Below are positions 9,200 through 17,071 of a stretch of DNA of 22,624 nucleotides, in pieces. This stretch comes from Candidatus Thorarchaeota archaeon (GTDB lineage Archaea; Asgardarchaeota; Thorarchaeia; Thorarchaeales; Thorarchaeaceae). The DNA lies in contig SDNP01000038.1 in the NCBI GenBank assembly GCA_004524445.1, positions 1-22,624 of the forward strand, read 5' to 3'. The notes beneath the pieces are model-generated. The model was not told the origin of the DNA, ran no database searches, and saw only the letters and a list, made by a program, of their open reading frames with translations. Both the position numbers and the translations under genes were made by a program. The first letter of the stretch is position 1. Every line of letters starts with the position of its first letter.

Positions 9200-10684
9200 A
9201 TGAACGGAAGTGAATCAGATAACAACGAGAAGCAGATTATATTCAATATCAGTAAAGAGGAGAACTTTCCCGATTGGTATACTGAGATCTGCAGAGTAGC
9301 AGAACTAGTGGACATCCGGTATGGCGTAAAAGGCTTTACTCCGTTCTTACCGTGGAGCTTCATGTCTATGGATATCATGTTTGACATCTATGAACGCACA
9401 CTGAAGGGAAAGAAACACCTACCCATGCTATTTCCTACGGTTATTCCTGAAGGAAATCTAACAAAGGAGGCTGACCATGTTGAAGGGTTCACTCCCCAAG
9501 TATTTTGGATAAAAGATATTGGCGAGGGAAAGGAGTTGGAAGAACCCTTGGCTCTGAGGCCTACTAGTGAAACAGCTATCTATCCACTATATTCTCTCTG
9601 GGTTCGTAGTTGGCGAGACTTACCAATGAAGAGGTATCAGAAATGCTCAGTCTTTCGCTCAGAGGTCAAGAGCACTCGCCCCTTTTTGAGAGGCAGAGAA
9701 TTCCTCTGGATTGAGAGTCATAATGTCTTTGCTACACATGAGGAAGGCAAGGCACAGGTCATGGAAGACCTTGAAACCACACAAGAAGTTGTGACCGGAG
9801 AGTATGGGATTCCCGTGATGATCTTTAGAAGAACTCAGTGGGACAAGTTTCCTGGTGGAGTAGATACCTATGCTGCAGACACCTTGATGCCTGATGGGAA
9901 GGTGATACAGCTACCATCCACTCATGACTTAGGTGACAACTTTGCTCGTGCATTCGACATCACATATCTCGATGAGAGCAATGAAGATGTATATGCCTTC
10001 CAGACCTGTTATGGTCCAGCGGTCTCTCGAATATATGGTGCCATGATCTCAATCCACGGTGATGACAAGGGTCTTCGCCTTCCCTTCAAAATTGCACCCT
10101 ATCAAGTGGTTATCATTCCAATTTTCACAGAAAAGACCGAGAAGAAAGTGATGGATTACTGTCACGGCATTGAAAGCCGTTTGACTAAGACGGCGATACG
10201 AGTTCACCTTGACGACTGCGACCAGACTCCTGGCTGGAAGTACAATTATTGGGAGATGAAAGGAGTGCCTGTCCGAGTTGAGGCCGGTCCTCGCGACATA
10301 AAGGGAGAAAAGGCTGTAGTCTTCCGCCGGGATACTATGAAGCGGGAATCCGTTTCAGTAGATGAATTGTCAGACCGAGTGAAGGAATTGGGTAAGGCGA
10401 TTGATGACAATCTTCGGAAGATAGCAGAATCGAAATTCGAGGATCTCGTTGTGGACGCGGAAACAATTGGCCAAGTTGATGAAGCACTGAATCGTGGTAA
10501 GATTGCTCGAATCGAGTTTTGCACTACTCAGATGGCCGGATTTGCCTGTGCTGAGCATATCAAAGACCAAACTGGTGGAGAGATTAGGGGTACTCGAATT
10601 GATATTGAAGAAGAGCCCACAAGTGTATGTCTTGTATGCGGAAAGCCTGCTGAGGAGATTGTCTACATAGCCAGATCCTACTAG
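9200..10684 (+). CDS. proS: Proline--tRNA ligase, archaeal/eukaryote type
   Basis: KEADHVEGF.PQV, LRPTSET, SWRDLP, FRSEVKSTRPFLRGREF.W.E, HGDDKGL.LP, anticodon domain PGWKYNYWEMKGVPVRVE, C-terminal Cys Zn motif and terminal ARSY. Confidence 0.97.
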   Translation: MNGSESDNNEKQIIFNISKEENFPDWYTEICRVAELVDIRYGVKGFTPFLPWSFMSMDIMFDIYERTLKGKKHLPMLFPTVIPEGNLTKEADHVEGFTPQVFWIKDIGEGKELEEPLALRPTSETAIYPLYSLWVRSWRDLPMKRYQKCSVFRSEVKSTRPFLRGREFLWIESHNVFATHEEGKAQVMEDLETTQEVVTGEYGIPVMIFRRTQWDKFPGGVDTYAADTLMPDGKVIQLPSTHDLGDNFARAFDITYLDESNEDVYAFQTCYGPAVSRIYGAMISIHGDDKGLRLPFKIAPYQVVIIPIFTEKTEKKVMDYCHGIESRLTKTAIRVHLDDCDQTPGWKYNYWEMKGVPVRVEAGPRDIKGEKAVVFRRDTMKRESVSVDELSDRVKELGKAIDDNLRKIAESKFEDLVVDAETIGQVDEALNRGKIARIEFCTTQMAGFACAEHIKDQTGGEIRGTRIDIEEEPTSVCLVCGKPAEEIVYIARSY

Positions 10685-10696
10685 TTTTCCACAAAG

Positions 10697-10729
10697 GGGG
10701 CGATATCAAACACGCCCCATTTTCTTTTT
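10697..10729 (+). terminator. Putative terminator after proS (hairpin plus T-rich tract)
   Basis: GGGGCG (10697-10702) pairs with CGCCCC (10713-10718), followed by TTTTCTTTTT. Confidence 0.55.
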
Positions 10730-10790
10730 CTCATAGACCACCGGTCTTATAGCCAGCTTCAGAAATTTAGTCTAACTGAGGTGCCATACA

Positions 10791-11777
10791 ATGAAAGTCT
10801 TGGTTCCCTATCGAGAGGAAATCGCCGACACCATCCAAACAATACTTGGAGATGAAGCCCAAGTAGTTAGGTCAGAAAGAACAGCGCAAGAAATGCTCGA
10901 GAAGGGGTCAGATGCTGTTGCTGTAGCCTCTGGGCGAGTCCCCTCTGAGTATATCAGGCGAGCCAAAAATCTCAGAATGATTCAGGCGTTTGGTGCTGGA
11001 GTGGATAAAATAGACCACGATGCAGTGCTTGAAAGAGGCGACCTTATAGTCTGCAACAATCATGTGAACGCAGACGAAGTGTCCGAGTATGCCGTAATGC
11101 TTCTGCTAGCGGTGGCGAAACATATCATTCCCAGCCATGAAAAACTACGAAAAGGTGACTGGAGTCTTGGATGGGGAAGCGACCGTCCTAACATAGAGAT
11201 TCGCAAAAAACGGCTCCTAATAATTGGTCTGGGTAATGTGGGCAGTGCAATTGCCAAACGATTACAAAGATTCGGTGTCGAAATAACTGCTGTAACTAGG
11301 ACTGGCGAATCAGATAACGAACATTTAGTGGATAAACTTGTATCTGTGGAGCGGATTGAAGAGGTTGTTCTGGCAGCCGATTTTGTCATCCTCTCACTCC
11401 CTCTTACAGACGAATCTGAAGGACTGGTTGATGAAGAATTCCTATCTTGGATGAAACCAACTTCTATACTTGTCAATGTATCACGTGGGCCAATCATCAA
11501 AGAATCCGCACTGTATCATGCATTGCAGGACAACAGGATTGCAGGCGCCGCAATTGATGTGTGGTGGGAATATCCCAAGGAATGGGGTGGCACTGATAAA
11601 TTTCCATCTGAAGAGTATGCATTTCATGAAATGGAGAATGTTGTTTTATCGCCTCACAGGGCCGGATATTCGGAACATATACACGAGGAACAACTGAGAT
11701 TCGTGGGAGAGAATATTCTGAGGTTCATTCGGGGAGAAGAACCCGAAAATCAGGTAGATCCGGAACAAGGATATTGA
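10791..11777 (+). CDS. D-isomer-specific 2-hydroxyacid dehydrogenase (NAD(P)-binding)
   Basis: GAGVDKID, Rossmann IIGLGNVG, LPLTDESEGLV, VNVSRG, GAAIDVW and SPHRAG motifs. GAGGTG lies upstream of the ATG. Confidence 0.92.
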   Translation: MKVLVPYREEIADTIQTILGDEAQVVRSERTAQEMLEKGSDAVAVASGRVPSEYIRRAKNLRMIQAFGAGVDKIDHDAVLERGDLIVCNNHVNADEVSEYAVMLLLAVAKHIIPSHEKLRKGDWSLGWGSDRPNIEIRKKRLLIIGLGNVGSAIAKRLQRFGVEITAVTRTGESDNEHLVDKLVSVERIEEVVLAADFVILSLPLTDESEGLVDEEFLSWMKPTSILVNVSRGPIIKESALYHALQDNRIAGAAIDVWWEYPKEWGGTDKFPSEEYAFHEMENVVLSPHRAGYSEHIHEEQLRFVGENILRFIRGEEPENQVDPEQGY

Positions 11778-11903
11778 ATAAGAGACTCTTTCAACTAGAG
11801 GAGATTATCTACTTCTCTTCCAACTAGTAATTTGATAAGTCGTAAAGCGGGATGATATTGTTGTTCTCTTTGTCCAAGAGTCAAAACTTTAAGGTGTAGC
11901 ACA

Positions 11904-14129
11904 TTGACGACAGATAATAGTACAAAGCTTGGGGACGGTACAGTGAGCATAGAAACACTCTCAGATATTCCTGGCGTAGGGTCTAAGCTAAGGAAGACAT
12001 TGGTTGATCACTTTGGAAGCGAAGCCGTGGCGCTCAAAGTAATACTTGATTTCCGTGTTGATCTGGTCGCATCTGTACCGGGAATAGGGGACAAACAAGC
12101 TGTAAACATAGTCAAGGCTGTCTATGAGAATCGCTTTGGCGTCAGCTCGTATGATATCCTCCGTAGTCCTGATATTAGAAAGATATTCGACGACCTCCTT
12201 GATATCATTCGTGGATACGCTAATACTACATATGCAAGAGACAAGCTCTTCCTATACTTCCCCCTTCCTCCTGAAAGAATTGACGAGATCCTGAAACGTC
12301 AGAAAATATTTGCTGATGCCGCCGATATGGCAAGGAATCTTAGTGACAATCAACGGGAATTATTGACCAAGAATCTGAGCAATGTGCGGAGCTTGTACTA
12401 CAAGTTAAAACCCCGACGAATCGAGGGACGAGTGGTCATAACAAACGACGAGAAAGTCTTCGACAAGCTAATCCAAGAGGGGATCGACAAGTGGTGCCCA
12501 GTCTATATTCTATCTGAAGGAGAAAACGCTGTTGACTATGCTCAGGGTTATGATTTGGTGTTCTATATCGCACCCTATGGCGACTTTGACGAAACCTTGG
12601 ACATACTCGACAACGTTGAAGTATTGGGGAAGGATTGGACACTGTCTGATATTCTTCCGGAACAAACAGTCAATTTCTATTCGAGAAACTACCGCGTGAT
12701 TGATGCGGCCTGCAAACTTGCAGATGCTTTCGAAAATCTCCCTCATAATGATTCCACAGATGAATACACCGACAACTTGGATTTCAACAGTCTCACACAG
12801 GTAGGTGAACTGCTGAAACTAATAGACGAGGATGGAAATGTAGCCGCACAGGTGAACAAGGAACTCGACCGATATAGGCATGCAGTGAAAACATTTCCAA
12901 CAGCAATGGCAGAAACGGAGGCATGGCTAAATGATGAGATCACCTCCCGTATATCAAAGAGTGAAGTGAAGCTTGGAGGTCAGCAAATCATCACTATTCT
13001 TCAATCTGCTGACATGGACGGTGCAGATGGTGGTGCCATGAGAAATATGCTTCCTGCTGAGATTGTTGAAACCTTTTCGTCAACAGCCAGAGAAGCAGAG
13101 GATAAACTCGTTGAGATGCTTGGCTTGACTGTGCGTGAGGCAGATTGGGTTACTGGAATCGTGAGTGAAGACATCTCTTTGCCTGTAAAGATGCTCACAC
13201 CCCAGATTAATGACCTTGAAGACAAGCTACGAAGGCGATTTGCAGATCTCAAATTCACTACAATCAAGAAGGTTGCAGGTCAATTAGATGATCTACAGGG
13301 TATTGTAAACGAAGCAGTCCAAACGCTGCTGGAGTTCGACCTATATCTGGCAGTGGGCCTATTTGCAGCGGACTATAATCTTCATACGCCCAATATCTCG
13401 ATGGAGTACGAAGGTATCGCGATAGAGAAGGCGCAAAACGTTTTCTTGGTTGAGAGCATGCTGAGAGGAAGGCACGGAAAAGTGCAACCAATAGACTATG
13501 AAATTGGTATAACCCCTCTTGCATCCAAGGGGACAAACGGAGAAAATTGTGCAATCCTGTCTGGAGCTAATAGCGGCGGAAAAACGACAACAATTCAGAC
13601 GCTAGCTCAAGTCATTACACTTGCTCAGTCAGGTTTTCCTGTTCCTGCTGAGAAATGCTATGTAAGAGTGTTTGAGGAGCTGTACTTCTTCTACAAGAGC
13701 AGAGGAATGGTCAGTGCTGGTGCTTTTGAGGCCACATTGAAGCAATTTGCCGATATTGTAGTGTCTGATAAGTCGAAATTGGCGCTATTTGATGAGGTAG
13801 AAGCCATAACAGAACCAGGCAGTGCCGCCAATGTAATTGCCGGGCTTATAGAAATCCTGCAACGTGACTCATCAAGTGTTACAGTCATCTGTAGCCATCT
13901 GGCACAAGAAATCCAAGAGGCTGCGTCTGTTCCAGTTCGAATAGATGGTATCGAAGCCAGAGGTTTAGATGAGAATCTGGAGCTCATTGTGGATAGGAGT
14001 CCGAGATTCGGAGTATTGGCACGTAGCACTCCCGAGTTGATTGTGGAGCGCCTTGCTAAACTATCTCGAGGAGAAAAGAAGCGGGTATACGAGAAGATTC
14101 TTGAAAACCTCATGAGGGATCGGGTATAG
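11904..14129 (+). CDS. MutS-related ATPase with N-terminal helix-hairpin-helix motifs (archaeal MutS5-like)
   Basis: Two HhH motifs (LSDIPGVG, ASVPGIG). Walker A SGANSGGKTT, LAQSGFPVPA, AGAFE, Walker B FDEVEAITEP, SH and RSTPELIVERL. No mismatch-binding or Smr domain is evident. Alternative GTG start at 11943. Confidence 0.85.
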   Translation: MTTDNSTKLGDGTVSIETLSDIPGVGSKLRKTLVDHFGSEAVALKVILDFRVDLVASVPGIGDKQAVNIVKAVYENRFGVSSYDILRSPDIRKIFDDLLDIIRGYANTTYARDKLFLYFPLPPERIDEILKRQKIFADAADMARNLSDNQRELLTKNLSNVRSLYYKLKPRRIEGRVVITNDEKVFDKLIQEGIDKWCPVYILSEGENAVDYAQGYDLVFYIAPYGDFDETLDILDNVEVLGKDWTLSDILPEQTVNFYSRNYRVIDAACKLADAFENLPHNDSTDEYTDNLDFNSLTQVGELLKLIDEDGNVAAQVNKELDRYRHAVKTFPTAMAETEAWLNDEITSRISKSEVKLGGQQIITILQSADMDGADGGAMRNMLPAEIVETFSSTAREAEDKLVEMLGLTVREADWVTGIVSEDISLPVKMLTPQINDLEDKLRRRFADLKFTTIKKVAGQLDDLQGIVNEAVQTLLEFDLYLAVGLFAADYNLHTPNISMEYEGIAIEKAQNVFLVESMLRGRHGKVQPIDYEIGITPLASKGTNGENCAILSGANSGGKTTTIQTLAQVITLAQSGFPVPAEKCYVRVFEELYFFYKSRGMVSAGAFEATLKQFADIVVSDKSKLALFDEVEAITEPGSAANVIAGLIEILQRDSSSVTVICSHLAQEIQEAASVPVRIDGIEARGLDENLELIVDRSPRFGVLARSTPELIVERLAKLSRGEKKRVYEKILENLMRDRV

Positions 14130-14150
14130 GACGAGTTTACGAATGAGTAA

Positions 14151-14738
14151 GTGGATGTTTCTCAAGTGAAGGTACTTGTTTTTGGCGATACGCATATGCC
14201 AACTCGCAGGCGCTCGATTCCACCTGAATTCTTCCAGCATATTGCAGCAATCAACTATGACCTTGCATTGGTAACGGGCGATCTTGTACGAGAAGAGGAT
14301 ATGAGAAAGGCTCTTCCAAGTCTGCCAAGAACAGTTATGGTCAGAGGCAATATGGATTATTCTAGCGGCCCTGAAAGCTTTCATCGAGAGATATCCCTTG
14401 AAGTATTCAACATACTACTCATTCACGGAACCCAACTGCGTCCACGTGGAAATATAGAACAGCTTTGGGAGATTGCAGAGAATATTGGTGCTGACATTAC
14501 CATTCATGGTCACACTCATAAGGCTGCAATTGACCTCTACAAGTCCAAACTATTTCTTAATCCTGGTACGCTCTCTGGTGCTTCAAGTGGTAGTGGAGGA
14601 CGTATTGATGCAAGTTTCATGGAGCTCGACCTCAAGAAGAAAGTCGTAGATGTAGTATTATTCAATACCAATTGGAAAGTCATGAAGCGCTCTTCGCTCT
14701 CTTTTGTGAAGGAAGATGGAATGAAAAATAGAGAATAG
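14151..14738 (+). CDS. Metallophosphoesterase, YfcE/MJ0936/Vps29 family
   Basis: GDTH, TGDL, VRGNMD, IHG, GHTH and NPGT motifs. Alternative GTG start at 14166. Confidence 0.9.
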   Translation: MDVSQVKVLVFGDTHMPTRRRSIPPEFFQHIAAINYDLALVTGDLVREEDMRKALPSLPRTVMVRGNMDYSSGPESFHREISLEVFNILLIHGTQLRPRGNIEQLWEIAENIGADITIHGHTHKAAIDLYKSKLFLNPGTLSGASSGSGGRIDASFMELDLKKKVVDVVLFNTNWKVMKRSSLSFVKEDGMKNRE

Positions 14739-14750
14739 CCAGACCAAAGA

Positions 14751-15374
14751 CTAGTTGCTCTCTCCCCAAGGATCTACACTAAGAAGGAGACGATATAGAT
14801 GTCTAAGTATCTCCGTAGCCTTTGGCATAGCAGCCTTTACAAGCACACTTGAGTTTGGTTTCCTACCGGCTTCCTCGTTTTTTCCCATAATTGAATTCCT
14901 CAAGCCCGCAAAGACACCTCTTTTCTTTTTGGATGGTGCATCCGTTTCTTCAGCAGCCAACACCATTTCTTCCCTCGGAATAATGTCTCTGGTGAATCTT
15001 AGGCGTTTGAAGAACCTCACGAGGGTTTCTCCAGTCCATTGGCCCTTATGGTCCTCGGATACCTTCGTTGCAACCATCTCAATGGCTCTCTTTCTGAGCT
15101 TATCTGAAACAATATCCTGCACTGTTTCCACCAGTGAACGATTCCGAGGGACAGCTATTCCTATTGAGATCATCAGCATTCTAACACGGTCAAGAAGCAT
15201 CCCCGCTCCAGCCTCTTCGCTTAACAGCCCCCTCATCTTAGTACGCCAATCATCATATGCACTGTTTATTTGAGATAGCTCTTCAGAGTAGTCTGTGAAA
15301 CGGCGAAGTTCCTCCGGCGGTAATAAGGGACACCAAATCATAGGGGTTTGGCCGTCATTATCTGACGATGGCAT
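14751..15374 (-). CDS. Hypothetical protein (207 aa, predicted helical)
   Basis: ATG-started ORF filling the space between flanking genes, with GGAG upstream. No motif recognised. Confidence 0.75.
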   Translation of the reverse strand: MPSSDNDGQTPMIWCPLLPPEELRRFTDYSEELSQINSAYDDWRTKMRGLLSEEAGAGMLLDRVRMLMISIGIAVPRNRSLVETVQDIVSDKLRKRAIEMVATKVSEDHKGQWTGETLVRFFKRLRFTRDIIPREEMVLAAEETDAPSKKKRGVFAGLRNSIMGKNEEAGRKPNSSVLVKAAMPKATEILRHLYRLLLSVDPWGESN

Positions 15375-15482
15375 GTACTAATGGCAACTCCAGGCTTTTT
15401 TCAGTGTTATGAGTCTGTATTGTTATTGTGGCAGCACCCTTACTAAGCGATATTTTCTCGAAGTGATAACAGAAGTGAATCA

Positions 15483-15857
15483 TCAGCAGCTACTGCATTT
15501 ACCATTTTTGGCAACAATGCTTCTGCACTCGTCAATTATATCCCCGAATGCCTGGTAGAAGTATTTGGCCGCAGCATCTCTCCCTTTTTCCCCCTTTTCT
15601 GTGAGTGTATAAATGATCTCTCGTCCGTCTCGTTTTCCCTTGATGAATCTCCCCTCTCTCAAATCCTTGATTGCTGGATAGATGGTCCCAGGAGTTGGTT
15701 TAGTTCCACGGCGTTCTTCAATTTTTTCTGCAATTTGCTGGCCATTCAGAGCTTCCTTTCCAATCTCCCACAGAATTTGGAATGTCAGGAAGCCCCTCAT
15801 ATCGCAACAGTCGGGGGGACAGCATAGTTCCTCATTTGGTTCATTCTCGGTTGACAT
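15483..15857 (-). CDS. PadR-family transcriptional regulator with Cys-rich termini
   Basis: RGFL..QIL, NGQQI, PTPGTIYPAIKDL and YTLTEKG form the PadR wHTH pattern. N-terminal CCPPDCC and C-terminal C-x9-CSSC. ATG at 15857 with GGAG upstream. Confidence 0.88.
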   Translation of the reverse strand: MSTENEPNEELCCPPDCCDMRGFLTFQILWEIGKEALNGQQIAEKIEERRGTKPTPGTIYPAIKDLREGRFIKGKRDGREIIYTLTEKGEKGRDAAAKYFYQAFGDIIDECRSIVAKNGKCSSC

Positions 15858-15912
15858 TGGGCACAATACTCCACATGGCCATCATTTGATGTATGCATAC
15901 CATCCAATACAG

Positions 15913-15953
15913 TTATATACATATTGGGTGCCCGATATATTGGATACCCGATA
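15913..15953. promoter_or_regulatory. TATA-like box followed by two tandem 16-bp quasi-palindromic operator boxes in the padR/arsM divergent region
   Basis: TTATATA at 15913-15919, TATTGGGTGCCCGATA at 15922-15937 and TATTGGATACCCGATA at 15938-15953. The boxes are 14/16 identical and both approximate the palindrome TATYGGGTACCCRATA. Confidence 0.7.
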
Positions 15954-15975
15954 AAATATTACAGAGTGATGACCC

Positions 15976-16839
15976 ATGTCCAAAAAGAAAAACGTACAGG
16001 AAATGACTACTGACGAAATCAAACACGAAGTAAGGAAGGCATACTCCATAGTGGCCGGACGTGGCACACAATCTTCTAGTCCTTGCTGTTCCAGCTCCAC
16101 TGCTTCTGAAGAGTCAAGTTCCTCACAATCCAGCTGTTGTGACTCTCTGAGAAATAAATCTGGAGAGGCCTCCAATGCCGATTGCTGTGGAACATCTGCA
16201 AGTCCACGTGCAGCAGAATACGCCAAATCCATGGGCTATGATTTATCTGAGATTCCAAATGCAGCAAGCGGATCTTTTGCTGGGTGTGGAAACCCAGTGG
16301 CACTAGCCGGACTCAAACAGGGTGAGGTTGTGCTTGACCTAGGAAGCGGTGCAGGTTTGGATGCATTTGTTGCAGCGAGAAGGGTTGGAAAGACCGGCCG
16401 TGTAATTGGCGTGGATATGACTCCTAAAATGCTGGCAAGTGCTCGTAGAAGTGCTGCTGAGATGGGGCTTGCCAATATTGAGTTCAGGGAAGGCGATATC
16501 GAGGACGTGCCAGTCAAAGACAACTCTATTGATGTGGTCATTAGCAACTGTGTGATCAACCTTGCGCCGGATAAAGCAAAGGTGTTCAAGGAATCTTATC
16601 GTGTACTTCGTCCTGGTGGTCGACTAATGGTATCCGACATTGTCTTGAATGAAGAGCTTTCAGAGGAAGACCGCAACAATATTGCAAAATACACAGGCTG
16701 CCTTGCTGGTGCAATATTGGAGGATAAGTACCTTAATTATATTCGAAACGCCGGTTTTGAAAAAGTGAGTGTTGTTGAAAAAGAAGGTTGGGGACAAGCA
16801 GTCAGCGCTAGAATCGAAGCATTCAAGCCTAAGGTTTGA
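15976..16839 (+). CDS. arsM: Arsenite S-adenosylmethionine methyltransferase
   Basis: VRKAYS..A, GCGNP (C104), VLDLGSGAGLD, GVDMTP.M, ISNCVINLAPDK (C192), VLRPGGRL.VSD and GCLAGA (C242). Confidence 0.9.
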   Translation: MSKKKNVQEMTTDEIKHEVRKAYSIVAGRGTQSSSPCCSSSTASEESSSSQSSCCDSLRNKSGEASNADCCGTSASPRAAEYAKSMGYDLSEIPNAASGSFAGCGNPVALAGLKQGEVVLDLGSGAGLDAFVAARRVGKTGRVIGVDMTPKMLASARRSAAEMGLANIEFREGDIEDVPVKDNSIDVVISNCVINLAPDKAKVFKESYRVLRPGGRLMVSDIVLNEELSEEDRNNIAKYTGCLAGAILEDKYLNYIRNAGFEKVSVVEKEGWGQAVSARIEAFKPKV

Positions 16840-17071
16840 CTGCCCTCTCAGATGAAGTCTATAACTTTCTTGATTTGTCTACTTAGAATTCAAACGTCTG
16901 CTCCCCCCGTTTTCTCCCGCTATTAGCCCCAGTATGCTGTTGTTTCCTACAGCAATCTTGGCTCTCTCAGAGTGAATACCGCCAAGAAGGCAGGTGTCGT
17001 TATCGCAATCAGAATCGCATAAGTGCTCTCATTCAGGAGAGAACATACACTTTGTTAATCCCGAAAAAAGA

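Noticed and set aside
15480-15497. PadR ends Cys-Ser-Ser-Cys-TGA-TGA, suggesting a possible C-terminal selenocysteine
   Set aside because: I could not fold a SECIS-like element in the downstream region, and tandem stops are common. A SECIS search and Cys-aligned homologs would be needed.
16837-16926. TGA readthrough of arsM, with an ATGA...GA motif just downstream
   Set aside because: The protein already ends at the usual family terminus (SARIEAFKP). The ATGA-to-GA spacing is too short for a SECIS and the extension looks non-coding.
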